A stretch of DNA of 64,000 nucleotides from Syntrophorhabdaceae bacterium (GCA_963665295.1 OY762209.1:4928001-4992000), one strand, 5' to 3'. Shown: positions 50,215 through 59,619, counted from the stretch's first letter. Numbers and translations: made by a program. Notes: generated by a model from the letters alone, not told the origin.

Positions 50215-53160
50215 GTGGCTGAGAAAAGGAAGGCATCTCCCCACCCCAAAGAGGGGACCGCTGAGAAGAAAAGTGCAAATGATTTCCCCATCGTGGGAAT
50301 AGGCGGGTCGGCAGGCGGCCTGGAAGCATTCGCCGCCTTTTTTTCGGTCATGCCCGCCGATAGCGGGATCGCCTTTGTAGTCATCCCCCATCTCGACCCC
50401 GGCCATAAGAGCATGATGACGGACCTCTTGGGAAGGCATACCCGGATGAAAGTGGAGGAGGCAGAGGACGGGGTTATGGTTACACCGAACCACGTCTACA
50501 TCATCCCCCCGAACAAGGATATGGCAATCTATCACGGCGCCCTGCATCTGACAACCTTCTTGGAACCCCGGGGACTGAGGATGCCCATCGATTTCTTCTG
50601 CCGATCCCTCGCCGAGGACCGTGGAGAAAACGCGATCTGCATCATCCTCTCGGGAACAGGGACGGATGGGAGCCTGGGCATAAGCGCCGTTCACGGGGCG
50701 GGAGGCATGTCAATGGCCCAGGACCCGACCGAGGCCAAGTACGACGGCATGCCGAGAAGCGCGATAGAGACCGGCTTCGTCGACTATGTGATCCCCGTGG
50801 AGAAGATGCCCTCCCAGCTTATTGCCTACATGAAGCAGTCCCTCCCGCAAAGAGCGCGAAGAATATTATCCATGCGGGAGAAAGGCACCGCCTCCCTCCA
50901 GAAAATATTCATGACCTTACGCACAAAGACGGGCCATGACTTCTCCGGCTATAAACCGAGCACCATGCACCGGCGCATAGAGAGGAGGATGAGCCTCCAC
51001 GAGATTACGAACATTGATGATTACGCCAGGTACCTCCAGACTAATACGGAAGAAGCGCGGGTGCTCCTCAAGGAATTGCTCATCGGCGTGACGAGTTTTT
51101 TTCGTGAGCCGGAAGCCTTTGAAGCCCTGAAGCAGACCCTTCTGGAGCTTCTCGGGAAGAAAAGCGACGGCTACCAGGTGAGAGTGTGGGTGCCGGGGTG
51201 CGCCAGCGGCGAAGAGGCGTACTCCCTTGCCATAACCTTGAGCGAATGCATCGATGAGCTGGGGAAGGACTTAAAGGTGCAGATCTTCGGCACGGACATC
51301 GATGAAGAGGCCATAAACCGCGCCCGGGCTGGTTTCTATCCCGACAACATATCCTTGGACATATCCGCGGAACGGCTGCAACGGTTCTTTGTAAAAGAAA
51401 GGGGCGGATTGCGGATAAAGAAAACTGTCCGGGAGATGGTAATCTTTGCGGTCCAGAATCTCATCAAGGACCCTCCTTTCACCAAACTTGACCTTATATC
51501 CTGCAGAAACCTCATGATTTACCTGAGCAGCAATTTGCAGGGAAGGATTTTCCCCCTCTTTGCATACAGCCTGAAACCGAAAGGCTTTCTCTTCCTCGGG
51601 TCCTCGGAGAGTATCGGCGGATTTTCCGATCTTTTTTCCACCGCGGATAAGAAATGGAAGATATACGAGAGGAAGGAGACCGACCTCGCGCCCCAGGCGG
51701 TGGCGTTCACAGGGCTCCCGTGGGCCCATGAAGCCGGGACGGGATATATACCCCGGACGGGGGGGACGCAAAGGGGCACGATTGCAGGGGCAGCTGAAAA
51801 AATGATACTGGAGAGCGTCACCCCGCCCTGCGTGGTGGCCAACGACAGAGGCGACATAGTCTATATCCACGGCAGGACGGGGAAGTACCTTGAGCCTGCC
51901 CAGGGTGAGCCGGGTATGAACATCTTCACCATGGCCCGGGAGGGGCTGCGCCCTGAACTGAATGCGGGCTTCATGAGTGCGTCCAAAGGAAAGGCGGTCT
52001 CTTACCGGGGGCTTAAGGTCAAGCAAAACGGCCATTTTCAGTTGGTGAACATGACCGTCTCACCTGTCCATGACCCCGAGATAATGCAGGGGCTGACCCT
52101 CGTGGTCTTCGAAGACGGGAAGGAAACCCGGAGGAGGCATACGGCGAAGGGCGAAGAGACGCCCGGGGCCTCTCACCAGGGTTTTGAGCAGGAGCTTGAG
52201 CATACGAGAGAGACCCTTCGGGCCACTGTCGAGGAGATGCAGGCCACCAATGAAGAACTGAAGTCCTCCAACGAAGAGCTCCAGTCCACGAATGAGGAGC
52301 TCCAGTCCACCAACGAGGAGCTGGAGACCTCGAAAGAGGAACTGCAGTCGGTCAACGAGGAGCTGATCACGGTTAATGGAGAGCTTGAGTCGAAGATCGA
52401 GGACCTCTCCCGGGCCGAGAACGACATGAAGAACCTGCTCGACAGCACGCATATGGGCACAATTTTTCTCGACAACAGCCTGCGCGTCAAGCGCTTTACG
52501 TCCGATGCCACCCGCGTCGTCAACCTCATCGAGGCGGATATAGGGCGGCCGATAGGTCACATCGTCACAAACCTCGATTATGAGGACCTCCTGAAGGACG
52601 CGCAGATGGTCCTCGATACGTTTATATATGAGGAGAAAGAGGTGCACACGAAAGACGGTGCCTGGTTTCTCATGCGTATCCTGCCGTACCGTACCGTGGA
52701 AAAGACAATTGAAGGAGTGGTGATCACCTTCACGGAAATCGATAAATTGAAGAAAGCGGCCCACGAGCTTGAAGAGGCCCATGCGGAGAACGTCGCGCTG
52801 GAGGCGGCCCGGGGTTTAGCTGACGCCATTGTCGATACGGTGAAGGAACCTCTTATTGTGCTCGGGGAAGAACTCAATGTCGTGACGGCAAACCGCTCCT
52901 TTTTGAGCATGTTCCAAACGACGGCGGAGGAGATCAAGGAGAAATCGGTCTTCGATATCGGGACCGGCCAGTGGGATGTGCCCCGGCTCAAAAAACTCCT
53001 TCAGAACCTTCTGCCCACGGATACCCGGATTGAGGGCTTCGAGGTAGCGTATAAGTTCCCGGATCACACGAGGAAAGAATTGCTTCTCGATGCCCGCAGG
53101 ATAGTGCAGAAAGGGTTTCATTCTCCGATGATCCTGGTCGCTATCCGGGAGAAAGGTTGA
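50215..53160 (+). CDS. CheB/CheR fusion with coiled coil and PAS domains
   Basis: GGSAGG, ILSGTGTDG; GVTSFFR, GCASGEE, SCRNL; NEELQS heptad repeats. Confidence 0.93.
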   Translation: MAEKRKASPHPKEGTAEKKSANDFPIVGIGGSAGGLEAFAAFFSVMPADSGIAFVVIPHLDPGHKSMMTDLLGRHTRMKVEEAEDGVMVTPNHVYIIPPNKDMAIYHGALHLTTFLEPRGLRMPIDFFCRSLAEDRGENAICIILSGTGTDGSLGISAVHGAGGMSMAQDPTEAKYDGMPRSAIETGFVDYVIPVEKMPSQLIAYMKQSLPQRARRILSMREKGTASLQKIFMTLRTKTGHDFSGYKPSTMHRRIERRMSLHEITNIDDYARYLQTNTEEARVLLKELLIGVTSFFREPEAFEALKQTLLELLGKKSDGYQVRVWVPGCASGEEAYSLAITLSECIDELGKDLKVQIFGTDIDEEAINRARAGFYPDNISLDISAERLQRFFVKERGGLRIKKTVREMVIFAVQNLIKDPPFTKLDLISCRNLMIYLSSNLQGRIFPLFAYSLKPKGFLFLGSSESIGGFSDLFSTADKKWKIYERKETDLAPQAVAFTGLPWAHEAGTGYIPRTGGTQRGTIAGAAEKMILESVTPPCVVANDRGDIVYIHGRTGKYLEPAQGEPGMNIFTMAREGLRPELNAGFMSASKGKAVSYRGLKVKQNGHFQLVNMTVSPVHDPEIMQGLTLVVFEDGKETRRRHTAKGEETPGASHQGFEQELEHTRETLRATVEEMQATNEELKSSNEELQSTNEELQSTNEELETSKEELQSVNEELITVNGELESKIEDLSRAENDMKNLLDSTHMGTIFLDNSLRVKRFTSDATRVVNLIEADIGRPIGHIVTNLDYEDLLKDAQMVLDTFIYEEKEVHTKDGAWFLMRILPYRTVEKTIEGVVITFTEIDKLKKAAHELEEAHAENVALEAARGLADAIVDTVKEPLIVLGEELNVVTANRSFLSMFQTTAEEIKEKSVFDIGTGQWDVPRLKKLLQNLLPTDTRIEGFEVAYKFPDHTRKELLLDARRIVQKGFHSPMILVAIREKG

Positions 53161-53279
53161 GAAGGTATCCGGAGCTTTAGGGCCATGCCGGGCCAGGCTC
53201 ATCCCTAAGATTGTGGGGAACGGCAAGGATCACCACTTAAAACCCGGCATGTCTGTCATCTGATGCTAAACCATCGGTA

Positions 53280-53348
53280 CAGGAAGACATTCTTACCATG
53301 CAACACCTGTGCACCGTAAGCCGTGACGCACCTTCACTATTTCAGCTG
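53280..53348 (+). repeat. Left copy of ~70-bp direct repeat bounding island
   Basis: Matches 57776-57845 with 6 substitutions and 1 indel. Confidence 0.9.
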
Positions 53349-53678
53349 GGGAGGGATCAGGTACGCTCATTGAATTATCATATTCTTGAGAAACAGGGTG
53401 TGCGAAGCCAGCGCTGGTATGACGAGAAAAGAGCATTTAATATTTCACGAACGTCCCTAATGGCCCCCCAAGCGCGGAGTGAATTACGCAAAGAAATCTA
53501 TGTCATACGAGCCGCAACCCATCCCCTCAAGTGCAAACACGGAAGGTAAGCCCTTGACAAGGTTTACATTATTTTTAATACTATCAATGAGGCCACTGAA
53601 AATTCAAAATAGTGAAATTAACCTTTAATGCTCAGATAGCGTGCGGGAATGTTATAGCAGAAATGGAGTCGATCTTTT

Positions 53679-54278
53679 ATGTCTGACAAGAACTTAAGAA
53701 GGCGTTCGCGCCCGGACCAATCCGCCGCTGACCCTAAATCGTCTACGGCAAGATTGCCTTTGGAAAAACTGCACGAACGGCACGAGGGCCTGACGTTCGA
53801 AGTGGCGCAATCTTACATTCAAGCAGCTGAAGTATGCCTTGATAGGCACCACGCCTCTCCTCAAGAGTTCCTCTTGGATGATGATAGGACGGAGAATAGT
53901 ATTTCAGTAGAATGGAGAAGCCCTGATGCCCGTACGAAGCGGGCATGGGCGAATACCGACGATGCCACAAGAGATGGAGCTTATGCTTGTGCGTTGGCCG
54001 CGACTGAGCTTTCCAGAGGTCTTGTGGCGGTCAGTCGTGCGGAGACACTAACCGGAGCGGATTATTACGTTGCGCCTGTTGGTGAGCCCTCTGATGATCT
54101 CGAAAACACCCTTCGCTTGGAAGTGTCCGGTACTGACTCGGACCGCTCGGGCGTAAGATACCGTCTGAGAGGCAAGGTGAGACAGGCTCAAGAGGGAGCA
54201 AGTGATTTACCGGCCCTTGCAGCGGTAGTTGGCTTTAAGGCGCGGCTAATAATGATTCAGACAGTGGAAGAGACATGA
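53679..54278 (+). CDS. Hypothetical protein, possible PD-(D/E)XK-fold nuclease
   Basis: GADYYV...RLEVSG resembles D...E-x-(K/S) catalytic motif; ATGA-coupled to next gene. Confidence 0.7.
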   Translation: MSDKNLRRRSRPDQSAADPKSSTARLPLEKLHERHEGLTFEVAQSYIQAAEVCLDRHHASPQEFLLDDDRTENSISVEWRSPDARTKRAWANTDDATRDGAYACALAATELSRGLVAVSRAETLTGADYYVAPVGEPSDDLENTLRLEVSGTDSDRSGVRYRLRGKVRQAQEGASDLPALAAVVGFKARLIMIQTVEET

Positions 54279-55402
54279 CGTGGGCAACGTATCACGGCAA
54301 AAGTATTGATTATGTCAATAGAGCTGAGAAAGCTATTAAACGAAATGATACCGATAGCGCATCAAAATTCTATCGTATGGCAGCCCTAGCCGAGGGCATT
54401 GCCCTCCATAAGCTGGAGCTGACGAAGAAACGTACGCTTGGCATAACAGCAGTCAGCGCGGCGTCGCTGTGGTACAAGGCGCATGACCTAAGAAAAGCAC
54501 AGAAATTGTCATACCAAGCGCTTGCGCTAAGCGGTCTTCCTGATTTTGCTCGGCAACAACTCCAGAAACTGTTACAAACCATATGGAGCGAAGAGTCCCG
54601 TATGAAATCAGGGATCAACTTTACTAAAGGGGAAGTTTTGATCTCCATCAGTGGGGGTGAGGTTGTGACCGGTGGAGCGCCGTTAGACCTTATCCTGACA
54701 AAGGTAGAACAGGTGAGCCGCATGTTCTACCGCACAGTTGAAATGCTGCTCGACCGTCCATTTCGATTGCGAGGTAATCCCCCCGCTGACATTCAAGAGC
54801 AATTTCGCCCATGGCTCTTTCAAACTGAGCCGGGCAGTTATCAGTTCGCCGTTCGTATTGAAAAACCCAAACAAATGGAATTGTTCCCCACTGCTAGAAC
54901 TGAAGTTGAAAGGATTACCGAAAAGTTCATGGATATAGTCAGAGCAAGTACAGACGATCCCAAGGGAGTCTTGCCTGAGATCGTACCGGATATTCAATAT
55001 AGAGACGCATTCATGAGGCTCACACGTAATCTCGCACCGGCAGGCAAGCTGTTCAGTAAGATGGAAATAAAGTCGTCCTCGGTCCCTGAGATGCGCCCTA
55101 TCGAACTTAACCAGGCATCACGAGAGATTATAAGCGAGGCGGTGAAGAAACACAGGGTAAAGGAAAAGAAAGAACAGGCAGAGGAGGTAATACAACTCCG
55201 TGGGACATTACGCGGTTTGCAACTAGATCACGACTGGCTTGAAATAAATGAACATGGAGAACCTCCCAGATCAATCCGCATATACGAGGCAAGCGAAGCC
55301 ATCGACGATGTAGTTGGACCTATGGTCAATCACAATGTTATTGTAGACGTGGCGAGGAAGAGGACTAGATTTGTCTATCGTGATATTCAGATGGAAGATT
55401 AA
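54275..55402 (+). CDS. Hypothetical protein (helical TPR-like N-terminus, possible OB-like C-terminus)
   Basis: 375-aa ORF with ATGA overlap; no recognised family. Confidence 0.75.
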   Translation: MTWATYHGKSIDYVNRAEKAIKRNDTDSASKFYRMAALAEGIALHKLELTKKRTLGITAVSAASLWYKAHDLRKAQKLSYQALALSGLPDFARQQLQKLLQTIWSEESRMKSGINFTKGEVLISISGGEVVTGGAPLDLILTKVEQVSRMFYRTVEMLLDRPFRLRGNPPADIQEQFRPWLFQTEPGSYQFAVRIEKPKQMELFPTARTEVERITEKFMDIVRASTDDPKGVLPEIVPDIQYRDAFMRLTRNLAPAGKLFSKMEIKSSSVPEMRPIELNQASREIISEAVKKHRVKEKKEQAEEVIQLRGTLRGLQLDHDWLEINEHGEPPRSIRIYEASEAIDDVVGPMVNHNVIVDVARKRTRFVYRDIQMED

Positions 55403-55460
55403 GTTTCGTTGACCATAGGTGAAGCCCAAGCTTCCCTAGTGCCCCCCAAACAATTAGTTT

Positions 55461-56045
55461 TTATGGAATGTCCCCTAGTGTTCCAGATGGCTGCGCACGT
55501 TCTGCGGCCATGTTGTTCACGTATTCTTCTAAACACGAGGACAAATCCTCGACAAAAGGTTGAGCTTTTTTGTAGATCTCATAGATTTCGCTAGCGTCCT
55601 TTTCGAGAACATACGCTGCAAAATTCTGATGGACTAGTCGATTTCGATCCCGTCCTATTTCGAGAAACGCTTCAACGCTCTCGGTAAACTTAGGTAAATC
55701 CGTTTCACGCTTCCGCATGAACGTCTTGAATCCGTCACCGAAAAGTCTATAAAACTTGTTTGCATTTTTCGTTTCCCATTCAAATAAGCTATGGTACTGT
55801 CTGCTATTGATGACCGTGTTTTTTGCGAATTCCGAGACCACTGTACTTCCTGGCGTATGTTTAGCAAAGAAGAGGAGTAATAAATGGCGTAGTCGATAGT
55901 CAAAATAACTCGCAGCGGCCAAGAGCAAAGATTTTTTAAAATTCTCGTCAGCAGAGCTATAAAGAGATATTTCGCCACGGTCCTTGAGAATTTGTTTTAA
56001 CTCCGTAAGCTCGATAAATAGTCGGTCCACAACCGTTGTTTCCAT
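55461..56045 (-). CDS. HEPN-domain protein (RiboL-PSP/MAE_28990-like)
   Basis: R-x4-H motif RNRLVH; KSLLLAAASYF helix; downstream of DUF262. Confidence 0.8.
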   Translation of the reverse strand: METTVVDRLFIELTELKQILKDRGEISLYSSADENFKKSLLLAAASYFDYRLRHLLLLFFAKHTPGSTVVSEFAKNTVINSRQYHSLFEWETKNANKFYRLFGDGFKTFMRKRETDLPKFTESVEAFLEIGRDRNRLVHQNFAAYVLEKDASEIYEIYKKAQPFVEDLSSCLEEYVNNMAAERAQPSGTLGDIP

Positions 56046-56062
56046 AAGAATACGCTCCAGCT

Positions 56063-57226
56063 TCAAATGGCGTTTAACAAGTCGCGTGCCCTCTGAATTC
56101 GCTTTGATACGTTCGTGGTTTGAGTCGTTGCTTTCTGTGACGCCGTTACAAACTGCTCGTCTTTTACAACCGATTCAATATACTCCTCTGTCAACGACTT
56201 AAGTGAAAGGTTTTTTGTCTCAATTGCACTTTCACAGGTAGCCGAAAATACAGCCTCAAAAAGCGCAATGTTAAAACGGCGGGTTTTTCTGTTGATGAAT
56301 GCGCCGGAAGGAAGGGCTGATGATGCTCGCAGGAATGCTTCAAAAAGTTGCTCAAGAAAGTTATTTTGCTCTTGACTGTGATTCCGACATTTTCGTGAGA
56401 ACTGGTTCAAGAATTTAACCATGGAGGGAGCGTAGTTTTTGCCCTCTATCAGCAAAGCAAATCCGCGCAAAAGAACTTCAACATCTTTTTGATGCAAGTC
56501 CAGTTCTTCGGATGAAAGAAGCTTCCTCCAGGAGGGAAGTGCATTTATCTTGTAGAGCATACTGTAAAACCGTGAATGATAAAGGCTGGTCCGAATTTCC
56601 TGGGGACGCAAATTAATGCCGCCGGAATTGAGGCGATTAAAAATCTCGTAAATTGAGGAATCATCGTTTGGCGAGTTTTGTTTGACTATAACATTTCTGA
56701 TGGGACGCAATTCAAATTGAGTTTTGTACTCTCCGAGTGTAGCGTAATTCATTCTTTTGAATTTGTTAGGTCTTTCCGGAAGACGCTCAGGTAGCGATAG
56801 TCTGAAATCAGTAAAGTATGAATCGTCAAAAAGTATAGAATCAGGTATCTTGCCATTTTCATCAAATATCGTTCGCAGCTCCACGCGTTTTTCCTTTAGT
56901 GGGAATCTTTTCTTTATGAAATAGTAAATTGACATTAGCCTTTGCTGACCGTCAATTACCAAAAACTTGTTGCGGGCTTCCTCATAGAGAAATAACTGCG
57001 GGACTGGAAGTCCCAATATTAGTGATTCAATGAGCTTCGAGGCCCGAACTGAATCCCACACATAATTCCGTTGAAACCCGGGTATCTTTACGGCGCCGGA
57101 TTCAATGAAACTAAAAATTGTCAGAACATTGAAATCATTTGGGGTGGCAGTTAGATCGTATTCGTCTATTTGAAAATCATCTTCTTGTTCTGCGTAATCT
57201 TCAAACCAATCAAAATCGCCGTTCAT
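56063..57226 (-). CDS. DUF262 (ParB/GmrS-like) domain protein
   Basis: PGFQRNYVW, LIESLILGLPVP, VIDGQQRL, IFNRLNSGG. Confidence 0.9.
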   Translation of the reverse strand: MNGDFDWFEDYAEQEDDFQIDEYDLTATPNDFNVLTIFSFIESGAVKIPGFQRNYVWDSVRASKLIESLILGLPVPQLFLYEEARNKFLVIDGQQRLMSIYYFIKKRFPLKEKRVELRTIFDENGKIPDSILFDDSYFTDFRLSLPERLPERPNKFKRMNYATLGEYKTQFELRPIRNVIVKQNSPNDDSSIYEIFNRLNSGGINLRPQEIRTSLYHSRFYSMLYKINALPSWRKLLSSEELDLHQKDVEVLLRGFALLIEGKNYAPSMVKFLNQFSRKCRNHSQEQNNFLEQLFEAFLRASSALPSGAFINRKTRRFNIALFEAVFSATCESAIETKNLSLKSLTEEYIESVVKDEQFVTASQKATTQTTNVSKRIQRARDLLNAI

Positions 57227-57411
57227 GAATTCCTCCGAGGCTATGTGCGGACTGATCCAGATACCTCTTATGGCTGTCCACTAGCCTTCACATAGCAGAA
57301 TTGATATTTTACCGTTTGTCTCTGGTTGCGACGAAAACGGGTTCAAGCGAGTGTGGATGCCCTGCAACTATGTCCTGCAATGAGTTCCCACCCGTGTAAT
57401 TCATCCAAACT

Positions 57412-57440
57412 ATTCTGATATTATTCCCCGCTATTGTCAA
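57412..57440 (-). promoter_or_regulatory. Sigma70-like promoter for DUF262-HEPN
   Basis: TTGACA-N17-CAGAAT on minus strand. Confidence 0.55.
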
Positions 57441-57775
57441 TAACATTCTTGGACCGGTGTCCAAGTCCATGGACTTCACTGAAATCCCATTCGAAAGCGA
57501 CCATCCTCTGCTAAGATGTCAAAGCGTGGGCTTCAGGAAGGAGTTCCTCAGGATCAAGCTAATTAAAATCCGCCCTCAATAAGTAGGGCGAGGGAGACGT
57601 CCTTCAATAATTCAATAGCTCTTTTCCCCGCTCTTCTACACTCTCGTCCCGTTCAAAATCCTTTGTTTCATTGTGCCACTGAGCCGAGACAGTGTCAAAC
57701 GAATTTTTGATGTCGAGCATAACCATTACCGCCCGGAACTCAGCATATGGTCAAAAAGCACCCTGGTGTTGCTTT

Positions 57776-57845
57776 CAGGAAGCACATCCTTAACATGCAA
57801 CACCTGTGCACTGTAAGCCGTGGCGCACCTTCACTGTTTCAACTG
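57776..57845 (+). repeat. Right copy of ~70-bp direct repeat
   Basis: Matches 53280-53348; separated by only 2 nt from structured element copy 3. Confidence 0.9.
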
Positions 57846-57847
57846 CG

Positions 57848-58115
57848 TCTTATTTTCCCGGCATCCTCAGTTTGAAATAATCGGTTGTGCCGGGTCGAAT
57901 AGATGGCGGCATGGCGTGGAAGCTCCAGGTACGTTGGGCTGTGAGGGTGCGTGACCGTCGGCCCCAGCCAAGAAGGATCAGTTGCTCTGTGGCCGGGTAC
58001 CCGCGGTCATGGAACAAACCCCAAAGATTGAGACTCTGTCCGCGGGTGACATCCAGAGGACTCGTACCTTCGCAGAGCGGCGTAGATGGAGTTTTCACGT
58101 TATGCCGCCATCTAT
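57848..58115 (+). repeat. Structured element, copy 3 (with expanded apical region)
   Basis: Starts TCTTATTTTCCCGGCATCC; 29-bp stem 57899-57927/58087-58115 with G-T pairs; conserved GCTGTGA..G/CCTT.GCAGAG inner stem. Confidence 0.8.
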
Positions 58116-58320
58116 CGATTACTCTAGAATACGCCTTTCGGCCGCCTCGCCACCGGCTCGCAGCCTTCTCGCCGAACCTACAACGATGCTGCACCGCTCA
58201 GCACTTACACAGGACACCGTTGACCGGCCGCAAGGGTTCCCCTGTCTCAACTTATGTATATATTCCATTGAAAGGGATAGGGACACGGTAGCATCGACGC
58301 CGGTATACCCTCTTCGCCCC

Positions 58321-59619
58321 TTACCCTGCGGCCACTTTGTGCGCCAGACGCTGGAAGCGGTGCTCCAGGGCGATGCGTTCGGCGTTGTTCAGGTGTTTGG
58401 CATCACTCAAGAGGTTCTGCACGATCTCCAGGGCTTTTTCAGGTTCCCGGGTGTGGTGTTCGTAGAACTTGGCGAGCTCTTCGACGGCAAAGACGTCGCG
58501 GGAGTTTGATGCCAAAAGATGTTGCCACAGTTTTGCGGCTTCTTCCCAGCGATGGGCTTTCTTGTGAATGAGAGAGAGGAAACGCCTCGCGCCCGTCGCC
58601 ACCTCGGGGCGATGAGACAATACCAAGGCTTCCAGGAGCCTTCCGGCTCTTTCCGAGTCGCCACGTTCGTGGATTAATGCCGCCAGCTTGAGGAGGTCGC
58701 CGTGGTGGCCGTGGGTCATGGCTTCGCTTCCTTCCACGAGGTCGGCCAGATATTTCAGGAGTGACGCCATGGAGATGACATCCAGTTTGTTGTGGAGGAA
58801 CACGTCTTCCAGAAGCCTCCCGTCGCGATGGTGGAGCCAGTCGAAATAGCGCTGGGGGATTTCGAAGCCGGGCACGTCGCCGTCGCGCCTCACCCCCAGC
58901 ACCTCCGCCTCGATGGTGGAGAGGCGTGCGTTTTCCAGGCGGTGCGCAAGCATCCTCCTGCTCGGGTGGAGGAGGTCGATGTGGGGCAAAGTTGACAGGG
59001 TGTCCCTGCAACGATTGAGGATAAACCGCGTCGCAAGGAGGTTCAGGTCAAAGGTCTTACCGTTGAAGGTCACAAGAAAGTCCTTCCCGGAGGCGAGCTC
59101 GCTGAGATAGGTGAGCATGGCCCTTTCCTCGGAAAAATCCCGGGCAAAGAGCTGGCATGTAACGAAGGAATCCGTCTCGAACCATCCGAGCCCGATCAGG
59201 AAGGGGAATGTCCCTGTGCCGCCTGCGAGGCCGGTGGTCTCCGTGTCGAGGAAGAGGCCGCCCGTTATGGACAGGCCGTTAAGTGACTGATGGCCGGTAA
59301 GGAAGGCCGCCGCCGCCATACTGGGACAGGCCAACTCACCGATGCGGCAATGCCCGTGGGCATCGTTCGCGCTCAAGGCGCAACGGGACATGAAGAAATT
59401 GCCCGAGGGTGTCCGGGCTTCCTCACCTGTGATAACGGCATCGAGGGGCGCCGCGCCCCGTCGCACCCCGGGAACCCTCGGCGGGACAATGCGCTCCCGC
59501 CGGTTCATGACGTTGTCTATCTTCTTCCGAAGCTCGCTTATTCCTGCGGGCTCGGCGTCGGTTTTGGAAGGTTTGTCCGTTTCATTGACGAGGCGGCTTA
59601 AGCGGTCCTTGAGACTCAT
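58321..59619 (-). CDS. mrfB: RNase H-like (DEDD) exonuclease with TPR tail, MrfB/YprB-like
   Basis: FLDTETTGL, TFNGKTFD, HIDLLH, HNKLD; ATGA overlap with helicase. Confidence 0.8.
   Translation of the reverse strand: MSLKDRLSRLVNETDKPSKTDAEPAGISELRKKIDNVMNRRERIVPPRVPGVRRGAAPLDAVITGEEARTPSGNFFMSRCALSANDAHGHCRIGELACPSMAAAAFLTGHQSLNGLSITGGLFLDTETTGLAGGTGTFPFLIGLGWFETDSFVTCQLFARDFSEERAMLTYLSELASGKDFLVTFNGKTFDLNLLATRFILNRCRDTLSTLPHIDLLHPSRRMLAHRLENARLSTIEAEVLGVRRDGDVPGFEIPQRYFDWLHHRDGRLLEDVFLHNKLDVISMASLLKYLADLVEGSEAMTHGHHGDLLKLAALIHERGDSERAGRLLEALVLSHRPEVATGARRFLSLIHKKAHRWEEAAKLWQHLLASNSRDVFAVEELAKFYEHHTREPEKALEIVQNLLSDAKHLNNAERIALEHRFQRLAHKVAAG

Larger units (their letters stand above)
53280..57845. 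mobile_element. AT-richer putative defence island bounded by direct repeats; no integrase
   Basis: Direct repeats at both ends, visible shift in base and codon composition, nuclease/HEPN/DUF262 cargo. Confidence 0.65.

Noticed and set aside
52230..52370. Tandem 21-bp repeats (GAGCTCCAGTCCAC..)
   Set aside because: Coding NEELQS heptads of the CheB/CheR coiled coil, not a CRISPR array
53184..53251. CATGCCGGG/CCCGGCATG inverted repeat as a fourth element copy
   Set aside because: Only ~9 bp similar and the arms are in the opposite arrangement; no rod structure follows
53298..53549. 83-aa ORF starting in the left direct repeat
   Set aside because: No RBS or recognisable domain; begins within the repeat
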